Counted from the stretch's first letter, positions 41,501 to 50,849 are shown. The stretch: DNA of 64,000 nt from Candidatus Poseidoniales archaeon (GCA_038106355.1 JAYODQ010000006.1:6628-70627); one strand, 5' to 3'. Numbers and translations: made by a program. The notes: generated by a model not told the origin, from the sequence alone.

Positions 41501-42007
41501 CCGGACGTTATTCGCGGCGAATTGGGTATGTTCAAAGATAAACGCCGATTAGAAAGACAAATGAATCTTCAATCGATGTACTCAAAATCAAATGGTAATG
41601 AAATAACTCAAGAGTTCTTGCAAAAGACAATTGATGACGTAATTGATTCTTTTTCGACATGGACGAGCCCAGTTCAAATCGAAGCACTGGAGGATGTTAT
41701 TACACCAGATATCGAAGAATTTTTTATCCACCACGAAGAAGTGTTTCAAGAGATTTCAGAGGTGAAGCAGAAGAATGGTGCTACAACTCCTCGAACTGAA
41801 ATTGCTGGGAAAAAGTATTATCCCGAAGAAAATGATATGCATTTATTGCATTACACAAAGTCAATTTCGGAACTTGCATCAAAAGATATCGGGGTCGTGC
41901 TCATTGCATCATATGACAATGATTTCACCTTTATCTCCCGTTCGTTGGAGGAATCGTTTGGATTTTCAGTTGTTCGAAATCCAAGAACACTAACTGATTG
42001 GCTGTAA
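38504..42007 (+). CDS. Large alpha-helical (TPR-like) protein with C-terminal PIN domain
   Basis: PIN motifs VIVDTNILV, VPDVIRGEL, ENDMHLL, IASYDNDF; preceding ~930 aa is Leu/Glu-rich and helical; GAGGT upstream of ATG 38504. Confidence 0.72.
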   Translation: MIELRMEQCLKEVLGYPKQNRLKSAVRSPSWELIDKPHKGILSFAMNEEEIPAEDEEKSSTSQPMRSKGRRLRNKSRGLTSAISPFEYLPELNEMNQYDLSSASTLAILLIRKQMKDPQWNDDFDALEQVMRNDCLEKGVHPVWHMVAEKTNYLTQFLAFSKVRPKSETSTIPFDVTKVAINPTKSAQIVHLLSHALATTIDANLQVAMNRLIGQLQSPSGQAGKVEHELLDMIGDHKYLSIVLKFFIQQPLNELDIEFLQNSQIEVAALLHLYHQFQLKNYASWKTVIELKGANELEMILLETLWMNIPDEASELSSDELEKGIERILNITNSKTQIEKIKWWKMSALQKEGAGSIALEVLQDVSMSSSTDIDALLKFLTMFPQKDTSSWLEKYLDVIDIDGLSAILISNHYEGELQLRIAQKIFDTHGLDVEQERSFLLKAFVCGLDFERLVLLFSLDPVLSMSYPYDALFCFHATPSGLSANDEKKFNELRFHSIQSLNDSQRPDYLSDATEELLLLMEGIQSESNALMKTLGNKTYIDFLPIINALHHGIAEVNIQQHRLEAVKLRVDNIDNLSNIERHLFNVLFATISVNNIRQAFHNRMEDHEQRKTLSSIVKEPFFTLTILHTIHELVLDYDLGIPELVEWYQRWSPSSPWQTLSRAANHVARNEQLNAAREYKRIADQIHQVRIQSDKGKQSEEEVSYYIEQGVFGIEQEIALYRKALIHYAHAEHWSEALELLEKNASLKSALTKRFQLYLNVSDLASRQQSGPATRRILDHVHKKQDAKNEHDEGHRHRDTYDEEELEILRSYTTSHAVHLPGKPFNGRVIAAHTELSRNLSRNRDEFERRYQTLAKEKKLDTMAVYQLAKDASQESPLTGLKILERAQHQSNITSKQRDSLQAAELNLFKSHESEIALKHRSQLRQLNLKPLVIVDTNILVNALIEEVYAHLGIIIGHQRSSMNQSDSLGDVLPNSGLGDFFRFLKNQADSGKIFLHVPDVIRGELGMFKDKRRLERQMNLQSMYSKSNGNEITQEFLQKTIDDVIDSFSTWTSPVQIEALEDVITPDIEEFFIHHEEVFQEISEVKQKNGATTPRTEIAGKKYYPEENDMHLLHYTKSISELASKDIGVVLIASYDNDFTFISRSLEESFGFSVVRNPRTLTDWL

Positions 42008-42008
42008 T

Positions 42009-42386
42009 TTAGACAAATTGAGGGACAGTTGTTCCAGATTTGGTCGGCTTGAGTGAATCCTCATTTACCATGTCAATCAAATCTTTTCCTAAGATCATGG
42101 CGCATGATAATTCTGTTCGGTCCGTTACTGATACTTCTATATCGTACGTGGTTCTACCGACTCGAATTTTCGCTTCAACCAATCGACGGGTTTGCTTTCC
42201 CATCGCATTCCGAACTTGAATTTCACCGATTTCTTTCAAACCAAGCGCTTTTGCTAATTTTTTATCGATTGAACATCGTGCTGCGCCAGTATCGATTTTA
42301 GCCTTCAAACGAATCCACCATTTTCGCTTTCCTCCACCTTTGAGGCTTACCCAACGGGCCTCAAACGATTTTGCCATCGTTGTCAC
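42009..42386 (-). CDS. Retropepsin-like aspartic protease (RimK/LysX-associated putative protease family)
   Basis: AKIDTGAARCSID, VTDRTEL...MILGKD. Confidence 0.8.
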   Translation of the reverse strand: MTTMAKSFEARWVSLKGGGKRKWWIRLKAKIDTGAARCSIDKKLAKALGLKEIGEIQVRNAMGKQTRRLVEAKIRVGRTTYDIEVSVTDRTELSCAMILGKDLIDMVNEDSLKPTKSGTTVPQFV

Positions 42387-42392
42387 CTCAAA

Positions 42393-43703
42393 TTACATGT
42401 GTTGAATGATTTCATTTCCGAATTCGCTGCACGACACAAGGGTCGCACCATCCATCAGCCGTTCAAAATCATAGGTCACGGTCCCTGCTGAAATTGCACC
42501 CTCCATCCCTTTGATGATGAGATTCGCAGCCTCTATCCAACCCATGTGTCTCAACATCATTTCTGCACTTAGAATAAGAGAACCTGGATTCACCTTATCT
42601 TGCCCAGCGTATTTTGGAGCAGTGCCGTGTGTTGCTTCAAAGATTGCATGACCACTCGTGTAGTTGATGTTAGCGCCTGGTGCAATTCCAATTCCGCCAA
42701 CTTGTGCTGCGAGAGCATCGCTGAGATAATCTCCATTAAGGTTGAGGGTTGCAATCACGTCGTATTCTTTTGGCCTCAGTAAGATTTGTTGAAGCATAGC
42801 GTCAGCTATGACATCCTTGATGATGATTCCTGCTCCATTTTTCCCTTCAGGAATCACATGCCACGGTCCTCCTTCAAACGGTACAGCACCGAAGAATTCT
42901 CGTGCGACTTTGTAAGACCAATCCGCAAACGAACCTTCAGTGAATTTCATGATGTTCCCTTTGTGAACGATGGTTACGTTGGGTCTGTTATTTTGGATTG
43001 CGTATTCAATTGCACTGTGAACAAGACGTTCAGTTCCAAGGTAACTTACTGGCTTGAGACCAATGCCAACGGTGACAGGAAGGTCACGGGATGGTGCTCC
43101 AATGGATGTTAAAGCATTGATCCACTGGTCTGATTTTTCTTTGGTTCCAAAGCGAATTTTTGCATATCTTGCGGGGAAATGCTCTGAAAGCATTCGAAGA
43201 AACGAGGCATTGTCTTCAGTTCCTGCCTCAAATTCAATTCCAGCGTAAATATCTTCGGTGTTTTCCCTAAAAATTACCATGTCCACGTTTTGTGGCTCTC
43301 GCACCGGAGCTGGTACTCCATTGTACCATCGAACAGGTCGAACACACGCAAATAAATCGAGTTGTTGTCGAAGAGCAACATTGAGGGAACGAATACCTCC
43401 CCCCACAGGAGTTGTAAGTGGCCCTTTGATAGAAACGAATCCTTCTGACATGGCTTGCAAAGTAGCTTCAGGCAACCATTCACCGGTGGCATGAAATGCT
43501 TTTTCTCCAGCCAAAACTTCATTCCAGTGAATTTTTTTGCTACCCCCGTAAGCTTTCTCGACAGCAGCATCAACGACTTTGAGCATAACAGGTGAGATGT
43601 CAATACCTATTCCATCACCTTCAATGTAGTGTACGATGGGTTCATCCGGTACGTGTAGTGTTCCGTTTTCAAAGGATATTGGCATTCCTGTCATGACTCT
43701 CAT
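42393..43703 (-). CDS. icd: Isocitrate dehydrogenase (NADP, E. coli-type)
   Basis: [71 protein letters not shown]. Confidence 0.96.
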   Translation of the reverse strand: MRVMTGMPISFENGTLHVPDEPIVHYIEGDGIGIDISPVMLKVVDAAVEKAYGGSKKIHWNEVLAGEKAFHATGEWLPEATLQAMSEGFVSIKGPLTTPVGGGIRSLNVALRQQLDLFACVRPVRWYNGVPAPVREPQNVDMVIFRENTEDIYAGIEFEAGTEDNASFLRMLSEHFPARYAKIRFGTKEKSDQWINALTSIGAPSRDLPVTVGIGLKPVSYLGTERLVHSAIEYAIQNNRPNVTIVHKGNIMKFTEGSFADWSYKVAREFFGAVPFEGGPWHVIPEGKNGAGIIIKDVIADAMLQQILLRPKEYDVIATLNLNGDYLSDALAAQVGGIGIAPGANINYTSGHAIFEATHGTAPKYAGQDKVNPGSLILSAEMMLRHMGWIEAANLIIKGMEGAISAGTVTYDFERLMDGATLVSCSEFGNEIIQHM

Positions 43704-43752
43704 GTCTTGCGACCGACATCTCCTTCAAGAATGAAACGCACGCAATTTATTG

Positions 43753-44139
43753 ATGAAGGCGAGCGTTAGGTGGGGTGGCGGAACAAAAATAACTGGAGTA
43801 ACCTCTCTAGGACAGGAATTAAACTTGGATTGGGAGGAGGGCCCTTCTCCAATGCAAGTGACACTCCAAATGATCGGGGCCTGTTCACTGGTTGATGTGG
43901 TCATTGGACTCAAAGATAGAGCATTTGATGATGTTTGGGTCGAATGTGATGCTATTCGAGCCACAGATTACCCTCGCATTTTTACGAACATTCACATGGA
44001 GTACCATGTGAAAGGTAATGTTCCGTTGAACTTGGTCCAGCGAATTGTGGAAAAGAGCCATGAAAAGTATTGTAGTGTTTCAAACATGCTGAGCCAGTCT
44101 GTTTCCATTACTTTTGAAGTAAAGGTTCATTCAGATTGA
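43753..44139 (+). CDS. OsmC/YhfA-family protein
   Basis: GPSPM...IGACSLVDV and SHEKYCSVS (two conserved Cys). Confidence 0.85.
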   Translation: MKASVRWGGGTKITGVTSLGQELNLDWEEGPSPMQVTLQMIGACSLVDVVIGLKDRAFDDVWVECDAIRATDYPRIFTNIHMEYHVKGNVPLNLVQRIVEKSHEKYCSVSNMLSQSVSITFEVKVHSD

Positions 44140-44601
44140 TGGAGTGTTGAACTGTTTTTTCATCACCGATTGCAAAACTTTCAACAATTGCGTAAAAAAT
44201 TCATTCCATTTTTCTGGTAAATTCTTAGGTGAAGTAAGCCCAACAAAAGTGTCATCTTTTTGAAGCACTGTTGCAAATGGACGAATCTTTTCACCATGAC
44301 TGTCGGAAAGTTCGAGCAAAAGGTGGTAAGCATCTCTGTCCCTTTTGATGAGAACAGAGTTCACATCCAATTCCATTTCATGTCTCTGAATAGTTTGCAG
44401 CAACTGGGCATCGGAAGCAATTTCCTTTTGGGCTAAGATTCGTAACAAATCTTCTATGCTCTCCTCTTGTTCAGTATCGCCTTCCATAAATGCTTCAAGT
44501 GGGTCGGACAAAGAGGGTTGTTCAATGATATTTGGTTGGTTTACCCCCAACACCATGAAGATATCAATGTCATCATCGTCGTCAAAATCGTCCTCAATCA
44601 T
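44131..44601 (-). CDS. Hypothetical acidic protein
   Basis: 156-aa ORF with Asp-rich N-terminus; TTTATATT box ~28 bp upstream. Confidence 0.65.
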   Translation of the reverse strand: MIEDDFDDDDDIDIFMVLGVNQPNIIEQPSLSDPLEAFMEGDTEQEESIEDLLRILAQKEIASDAQLLQTIQRHEMELDVNSVLIKRDRDAYHLLLELSDSHGEKIRPFATVLQKDDTFVGLTSPKNLPEKWNEFFTQLLKVLQSVMKKQFNTPSI

Positions 44602-44700
44602 AAGTATGTGTCACTCCATTCAAATATAAATCATCGTTTTCTTTGAATGTGAATTGCATCAAGAACAAGCCTCAAAAAGTAGGGTTGAAGTCATAAGGTA

Positions 44701-45318
44701 ATGAGGTGGGTGTTTGTATGGTTCACTCTCCTTGTATTCCTTGTTAGCCCATCATTTCTCTCAACAAATGCGAGTCAACTGGGGGTTGGTGATGCAGCCA
44801 ATGAGGGTTGTCAATGCCATACCTTCTCTTCAAACACGGTGATTCATGTTGATGGCCTTCCTCAACGTTTCGAATCAAATATGACATTGAATATTACGAT
44901 TTCATTAGAGAGTTCGATTCCTCTGGTCGAGGGTCAACATAATGGCGGCTTCCGATTGGAGTACATTGGAGACGGCCTTGTCGCACCCTCCAATCTTTCG
45001 CTGATACAAGAATTGGATGGCTTTCTTACACACACTGAAAACGGTTCACTTCTTCGAGAATGGGTCATAGTTTGGACGACACCAGTCGATAACTCATCCG
45101 TGGTTGAATTTCGAGTGTATGGAAATGCAGTAAATGGCAACAATGCACCAACTGGAGATGGTTGGTCTGAGTTGGTTGTCAAAGTTCCTGGTATCCAAAG
45201 CAATGAAAATTTTTCACTTGATGATGCACAGGATATTGATTACACTGATATTGCAATTCTTATCCTTGGTCTTTTGTTGCTTGGATATTTGTTGTGGAGC
45301 AGTTTTAGGTCTAATTGA
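44701..45318 (+). CDS. Secreted Reeler-like ('choice-of-anchor V'-type) domain protein with C-terminal TM
   Basis: Signal peptide, GCQCH, GGFRL, LTHT, WTTP, GNAVNGNNAPTGDGW, C-terminal TM. Confidence 0.65.
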   Translation: MRWVFVWFTLLVFLVSPSFLSTNASQLGVGDAANEGCQCHTFSSNTVIHVDGLPQRFESNMTLNITISLESSIPLVEGQHNGGFRLEYIGDGLVAPSNLSLIQELDGFLTHTENGSLLREWVIVWTTPVDNSSVVEFRVYGNAVNGNNAPTGDGWSELVVKVPGIQSNENFSLDDAQDIDYTDIAILILGLLLLGYLLWSSFRSN

Positions 45319-46441
45319 CGAATTCTATACTTTGATTTCGCAAAGCTCGCAACTGACGATTTTCGTTTGAACCATGAATTTGAGCACTCTTTACCCCCGT
45401 GAGTACAATCATAACTCGAATTTCATCACCCATTGAATCATCAACAGCAGCTCCCCAGATAATCTTGGCATGAGGAGAAATACGTTGTTGAATCAATTGG
45501 GCACAGATTTCTGCTTCCCCAAGGCTGAGGGAGGCGCCTCCAACAACATTGATGAGTGCACCACGGGCATCGGAGGTATCCATTTCGAGCAATGGCGATT
45601 CGAAGGCTTCCAGTGTTGCCTTTGTTGCTCTTTCTGGCCCACGACCAGAACCAAGGCCGATCATCGCAACCCCGCTGCCCGATTGTATTACGGAACGCAA
45701 GTCCTCAAAGTCGAGATTCACCATTCCTTCGGTGGTGAGGAGTTCTGTCACGCCTGTAATCGAGCGAACAAGCAATTCATCGCCAACCCTGAAGGCTTTG
45801 GCAATTGGTAAATCTTTCACGCCCTCAATTTCAAGGAGGCGCTCGTTTGGAATGACAAGAATAGTATCGCAGAATTCTCTCAATCGTTCGAGTCCCCATT
45901 CTGCGTTTTGCTTTCGAAGCGAACCTTCGGATTTGAACGGATAGGTTACAACTGCAAGTGTTAGTGCTCCCTGTTGCTTTGCGAGCCGGGCGAGTTGGCC
46001 AGCGGCACCTGTTCCTGAACCGCCACCCATGCCTGCTGTGATAATAGCAAGTTGAGTATCATCTGTGATTCGTCGAAGGGCATTTTCGGATTCCAAAGCA
46101 GCTGCTTCACCTTTGGTGGGGTCTCCACCTGCGCCTCGTCCGCGAGCCGTTCTGCCGATCAAGATTTTTTGTTCGAGTGGTGATTGCAGTAAGGCTTGGG
46201 CATCGGTATTAATTGCATAACCAGTAACATACGAGGAGTCGAACAACCCCTCCTCATGCAATCTGTTAATTGCATTGCATCCAGCACCACCTACGCCGTA
46301 CACTCGAATCCTTGGTTGCAAGGATTCCAAAAGTGCTCTAAGTTCTGCATCACTGCCTTCATCGAGATGAATTGGTGGTGTAGAATCGGATTGCAATTCG
46401 TCTTCAGATAAATGTAACACTCGTTCGATGAGATGGCGCAT
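45311..46441 (-). CDS. ftsZ: Cell division GTPase FtsZ
   Basis: GVGGAGCNA, AINTDAQAL, AGMGGGSGTG tubulin signature, NLDFED T7 loop, IIWGA; GGTGG SD before ATG 46441. Confidence 0.95.
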   Translation of the reverse strand: MRHLIERVLHLSEDELQSDSTPPIHLDEGSDAELRALLESLQPRIRVYGVGGAGCNAINRLHEEGLFDSSYVTGYAINTDAQALLQSPLEQKILIGRTARGRGAGGDPTKGEAAALESENALRRITDDTQLAIITAGMGGGSGTGAAGQLARLAKQQGALTLAVVTYPFKSEGSLRKQNAEWGLERLREFCDTILVIPNERLLEIEGVKDLPIAKAFRVGDELLVRSITGVTELLTTEGMVNLDFEDLRSVIQSGSGVAMIGLGSGRGPERATKATLEAFESPLLEMDTSDARGALINVVGGASLSLGEAEICAQLIQQRISPHAKIIWGAAVDDSMGDEIRVMIVLTGVKSAQIHGSNENRQLRALRNQSIEFVN

Positions 46442-46527
46442 GGATAATTTTCCACCGAACACATTTTGAATGTGCCGCTTCAAAGGAGGCTAATCATTGC
46501 GATTTTCAAAGGAAAATTGTTTTTCCG

Positions 46528-47553
46528 TCAGTCTCGAAGACCGTCTTGTGTCACTTCGTAGACACATTCTCCGTCTGGCAAGTTTGGGGAGTCGACAAGT
46601 CGTGCTATCCTTCTGCCACCCTTCGCCTTTCGGAGATACAATCTGAATGTACTTGCGTGTGCTAAGATGTGCCCTCCAATTGGTTTGGTAGGGTCTCCCC
46701 ATAGGGCATCAGGTTTGGCATGAACTTGATTGGTGACCAACACAAGGGCGTTGTTCACATCGGCAAGTTGCTTCAAATCTTTGAGGTGACTGTTGAGTTT
46801 TTGTTGTCGACGTGCAAGCATGCCCCGACCAATGAATTCCGCTCTAAAGTGACTGGTTAAAGAATCGACAATGATCATTTTTACTTTCAATCCTTTGCTC
46901 ATTCTCTTGATTTCATCCGTAAGCAGCATTTGATGAGCTGAATTGTATGCTCTTGCTACATGAATACGTGATAAGACATAATCTGGGTCAAGTCCGTGAC
47001 CCCTCGCCATTTGAGAGATTCGCTCAGGACGAAAAGTATCTTCTGTATCGATATAAAATACATCACCATCGAGGCCGCCTTGGTCAATTGGTAACGTACA
47101 ATTTACGGCGAGTTGGTGCCCAATTTGGGTTTTCCCGCTGCCGAATTCACCGTAAACCTCGACAAGGGCTTGTGTTTCAAAACCTCCACCGAGGAGGTCA
47201 TCGATTGACTGAACCTTTGAGGATAATTTCTGTACTTCTTTTCTTCGTTCGAGGAGGGCATCCCCGGAAACGAATCCACCGATGTTGGCCATTTTCTTCG
47301 CCGCAGCAATTATTTTTGCTGCAACTGCTTCACCGAGTTCTGCTTCTTCTGAAAGATCTGAAGGTGACATCACCGCAAGGGAAAGAAGTTCTTCAAAACC
47401 TGCTTCCCTCAACTTTTCTGCTGTTGCAGGTCCTACACCTGGTAGGTCTTCAATGGTCAACTCTGGTACTTCATCTTCCATTGGTATTGACTCTTCAATC
47501 GGTGACGCTTTGTCTTTTTCATCTGTTTGTATGGCTTTCGTTTTTGCTGGCAT
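46528..47553 (-). CDS. radA: Archaeal recombinase RadA
   Basis: N-terminal Hh[54 protein letters not shown]; start ATG 47553. Confidence 0.97.
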   Translation of the reverse strand: MPAKTKAIQTDEKDKASPIEESIPMEDEVPELTIEDLPGVGPATAEKLREAGFEELLSLAVMSPSDLSEEAELGEAVAAKIIAAAKKMANIGGFVSGDALLERRKEVQKLSSKVQSIDDLLGGGFETQALVEVYGEFGSGKTQIGHQLAVNCTLPIDQGGLDGDVFYIDTEDTFRPERISQMARGHGLDPDYVLSRIHVARAYNSAHQMLLTDEIKRMSKGLKVKMIIVDSLTSHFRAEFIGRGMLARRQQKLNSHLKDLKQLADVNNALVLVTNQVHAKPDALWGDPTKPIGGHILAHASTFRLYLRKAKGGRRIARLVDSPNLPDGECVYEVTQDGLRD

Positions 47554-47681
47554 GAACGGAGAACATCTGCCATCTCTATATGAAAGGTGAAAAGACTGCA
47601 ATGGAATTATTTTCTTTGAAAAATGACGCTAATGTTCCGCTATGGGCTGTTTTTTTACTTTTAATTCATTTTAATACTCAG

Positions 47682-48491
47682 TTAAAGTGAAGATGACTCG
47701 GGTACATCAATTGGGTTTGGCTCTGTTTCTTTTTCTTCGTAGCGTATAGAAACATCGTGTTCGATGTTGATGTTATCCTCACCATTGTCGATGATGACAT
47801 CGAGGCTCCATATTCCTGGAGTTACACCCAATTGGTCATGCTCCCACAGTTTTGTTTGCCCGTCTGCAATAGGTTCAGTTTTTGATGCTGTTGTATTATC
47901 TTCTGGGTCATTTAATTGCCATGTAATTGTGGTCGTTGACCCAGTTGGGGGAAATACACTTTCAGGATTTGATACTTGTGAGTCAATGGAGATGAGCGTC
48001 GGACCTTCACATTGCTCACAATCGGGGATTGTGTTGATGCTCATTGTTTGGGGATCATCTGAATTTTGTTCAATCCAATGGACAAAGGAATCGATTCGAA
48101 TTGTGATGTCCATTTCAGCGCGATTTTCGCTCTCGTCGGTAGCAGAAAGCTTACCCAGAAAGAGGCCATGTGTTTGATATTCGTACGTAATGGACGCAGA
48201 ATCCGATGCGAGAACTTCAATCTCTGCACTACCATCACCTGGTGAAAATGAAAATGATTGCATTTCTCCTTTGCTCGATGTGGTCCTTGCAAAATCAAAA
48301 TTCAATTCGACCCCCGTTTGTGATATCCGTTGACCATTGGTCCAGTTCTCATAGAGCGTTCCCGAGGTCGAATCAAAATATACAACAAGAGAAATAGGAG
48401 ACGCACTTGTGTCATCACTTGTTAAACAACCAGCAACAACAGAACTCATGAACAATGAGACAAACATCAAACATGTCGTCCTTCTGCTCAT
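47682..48491 (-). CDS. Predicted lipoprotein with PKD-like domain
   Basis: MSRR, hydrophobic stretch and VAGC lipobox; FSFSPGDGS...YEYQTHG PKD-like motif. Confidence 0.7.
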   Translation of the reverse strand: MSRRTTCLMFVSLFMSSVVAGCLTSDDTSASPISLVVYFDSTSGTLYENWTNGQRISQTGVELNFDFARTTSSKGEMQSFSFSPGDGSAEIEVLASDSASITYEYQTHGLFLGKLSATDESENRAEMDITIRIDSFVHWIEQNSDDPQTMSINTIPDCEQCEGPTLISIDSQVSNPESVFPPTGSTTTITWQLNDPEDNTTASKTEPIADGQTKLWEHDQLGVTPGIWSLDVIIDNGEDNINIEHDVSIRYEEKETEPNPIDVPESSSL

Positions 48492-48589
48492 GTGCATGGT
48501 AAAGCATGGACATAGATGAATCCAATGGCTGTGTTTTGGATTGTTCATGCATCGGTGGTTTCAAATTGGTGCATCAAGGCGGATGAGTC

Positions 48590-48667
48590 AGCGAGGTGGG
48601 GTAGTCTGGATATCCCGTCGGGCTCATAACCCGGAGATCGATGGTTCAAATCCATCCCTCGCTACCA
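48590..48667 (+). tRNA. tRNA-Met initiator (CAT), CCA encoded
   Basis: Acceptor stem AGCGAGG/CCTCGCT with A1-U72; anticodon arm CGGG-CTCATAA-CCCG with three consecutive G-C pairs; T arm GATGG-TTCAAAT-CCATC; ends ACCA. Confidence 0.96.
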
Positions 48668-49435
48668 CTAACCATACTCGTAATAGTCATGTTTTGGTTG
48701 CAAACTTTGCAATGCAGCCTCAAGTTGAGCATTTGCGGCTCTCTCTCCAGCGTCAATTTTGGTCATTTCATCTTGAAGGAATTGAATGAACTTCGATCCT
48801 TGTTGTTCATGTTGAGGGGATGCTTTGATGGTGTTAAGAGCGTTCTTCACCGTTTCAATGTTCACTTTGGCACCAGATGTAGAGTGAACCCAAAATTCAC
48901 CATTGATTCTTGATACGCCTTTGTGTTGTTCACAAGCATCGATGAGAAGTGAGTAGGTTTTTGAATCGAAAATCCCATTGAGCACTGCATCGGACCAGAC
49001 CTCAATTGGTTTCTCTAGAAACGAGGCACTTTTTTTGTACATTTTTCTCGCTTTGCCGATTTTTCCTGCTTGGGCATGTAAATTTCCAGAGAGGTGAAAA
49101 TCTTCACCAGGGGATGGAAGAGAATCCAATAAATGGGGTGCATTTTTATTCAAATATCTGTAAAGTTTGTTTCGAAATGAATGTAGTTTACTGATCCATT
49201 TTAACCCATCATGCCCCTTGTTTCGTTTGAAATGAATGGTACATAGGAGTCGCAAACCCTTCACCAAATACACAAGTTGTTGAACATCTTCGCCATGTTT
49301 GGTAAGCATCAATTGGCAAAATTCAGTTGCCATCACTTCGGCCAATTCAAGTCGTCCTTCACTTGAATAACGGTCAATTTGGAGGATGGTTTGGGCAGGG
49401 TCGCTCATGCCAAACATCGTACTCGGAAATCGCAA
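48668..49435 (-). CDS. Hypothetical helical (TPR-like) protein
   Basis: ~250-aa ORF with GNLHAQAGKIGKARKMYKKS TPR-like helix; probable start ATG 49417 or 49408. Confidence 0.65.
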   Translation of the reverse strand: MRFPSTMFGMSDPAQTILQIDRYSSEGRLELAEVMATEFCQLMLTKHGEDVQQLVYLVKGLRLLCTIHFKRNKGHDGLKWISKLHSFRNKLYRYLNKNAPHLLDSLPSPGEDFHLSGNLHAQAGKIGKARKMYKKSASFLEKPIEVWSDAVLNGIFDSKTYSLLIDACEQHKGVSRINGEFWVHSTSGAKVNIETVKNALNTIKASPQHEQQGSKFIQFLQDEMTKIDAGERAANAQLEAALQSLQPKHDYYEYG

Positions 49436-49504
49436 CTCTTCATTATGTATGATGTCTTTGTATCATTGATACGAAATCTACGCCCGATGAACAGCAACAC
49501 CTAA

Positions 49505-50077
49505 GTGATTGCAGGTGCTGGTCTTGATGTGGAATTTCGAGGAAGTATCTCAATCACGGGAACACCAGGTGTTGGAAAGACAACACTTTCTGCGTGTCTA
49601 TCATCCACATTAGGCATCGAAGTTTTTTCGATTGAGAGCATTGCTTCCGAGACTCAATGTTTTGCGGGGTTCGATGAAACCGATAAAACGTCACTTATTG
49701 ATGTGGATTGCCTGCAAACTCAATCAGGTTACTTCGGCAAAAATCTGATCATCGAAGGCCATCTTTCGCATTATGTTCCTACGAATGTCATTATTATCTT
49801 GCGATGCCACCCTCAAGAACTCCAACATCGATTGGAAAAAAGAGGGTACTTGCCTCCCAAAATTCGAAACAATGTAGAATGGGAAATGATTGGTGGGGTT
49901 TGGACAGAAATTCAAGAATTGGAGCATTCAGCCTCACTCCTTGAATTCGATACCACGAATCAATCTGCAGAAGAGATTGCAATTGCAATTATTGAGCGCT
50001 TGTCTTCGGGAGTATTCATGGACGAAGCAAGTGAAGTTATCGATTGGCTTGATGAAGATATGGAGAATGGAAATTGA
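49505..50077 (+). CDS. Atypical adenylate kinase, AK6/Fap7/CINAP family
   Basis: ITGTPGVGKTT, IIEGHLSH (Walker B with His), LRCHPQELQHRLEKRGY...KIRNN. Confidence 0.87.
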   Translation: MIAGAGLDVEFRGSISITGTPGVGKTTLSACLSSTLGIEVFSIESIASETQCFAGFDETDKTSLIDVDCLQTQSGYFGKNLIIEGHLSHYVPTNVIIILRCHPQELQHRLEKRGYLPPKIRNNVEWEMIGGVWTEIQELEHSASLLEFDTTNQSAEEIAIAIIERLSSGVFMDEASEVIDWLDEDMENGN

Positions 50078-50849
50078 TGGCTTTGCCCTTGAAATCATAC
50101 AAAAGCATAACAATGTTCAAGCGTTACGACCAATTGATTCCATGGTGCTTGAGCAACTTCGAAAATCCTGGGAAAAAAGTCTTGACCCAATTCTTGAGAA
50201 ATACGATTGGATTTCTCCCTCGACTATCACATGGATTGCTTTACCCATCGGCTTGCTTGCAGCAATCTTATCTTGGTTTGCTCCCATGGGTTCAGAAGGG
50301 GGATGGTGGTTTCTTGGGAGTGCAGCGTTGATCGGCATTGCCATGATTTTTGACGGATTGGATGGGCCAATTGCAAGGAAAAGGGGGATGGTGACTCGTT
50401 GGGGGGATTACCTCGACCATACATTCGACCGTATTCTCGATGCAGCGTGGCTGATTGGACTGAGTGCCTCAGTCTATGTTGATAATTTCGCATTAGGTTT
50501 TGCTGCTGCCTTCTTTACGTTACTCGGCTCGTACATGGGTACGCAAGCTCAAGCAGTTTCAGGAACAAGAAATTATGGTGGTTTTTCAAGAGCGGACCGA
50601 ACCATCCTCATCATCCTGATGCTCACGATTATGGGTGTGGTGACACTCGCGGATTATCCGTTTAACGACCGATTTTTTGCGCCGTTCGATACCATTGCAC
50701 TCAATCCGTTATCTGTTGTTTTGTTTGTCAGCCTTTTTGGAGGTTTGTGGACATTTTTCCTTCGATTTTTCCAAGCCCAGAAGGTCATTCAATCCATGGA
50801 TGCCAACAAGCCCCTTTCCCAACCAAAGGTCTCATTTGAAGAAGAATAA
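50067..50849 (+). CDS. CDP-alcohol phosphatidyltransferase (archaeal phospholipid head-group synthase)
   Basis: SPSTIT; signature DGLDGPIAR...WGDYLDHTFDRILD; several TM; start uncertain (50067 or 50142). Confidence 0.88.
   Translation: MEIDGFALEIIQKHNNVQALRPIDSMVLEQLRKSWEKSLDPILEKYDWISPSTITWIALPIGLLAAILSWFAPMGSEGGWWFLGSAALIGIAMIFDGLDGPIARKRGMVTRWGDYLDHTFDRILDAAWLIGLSASVYVDNFALGFAAAFFTLLGSYMGTQAQAVSGTRNYGGFSRADRTILIILMLTIMGVVTLADYPFNDRFFAPFDTIALNPLSVVLFVSLFGGLWTFFLRFFQAQKVIQSMDANKPLSQPKVSFEEE

Noticed and set aside
46528-47553. Intein in RadA; introns in the tRNAs
   Set aside because: RadA is normal length with continuous motifs; both tRNAs have 7-nt anticodon loops.
46947-47555. 202-aa antisense ORF over radA (and 190-aa antisense ORF 5840-6412)
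   Set aside because: No recognisable motifs; they lie fully opposite strongly supported genes.
48541-48913. Short ORFs over tRNA-Met
   Set aside because: They overlap a well-formed tRNA and a longer opposite-strand CDS.
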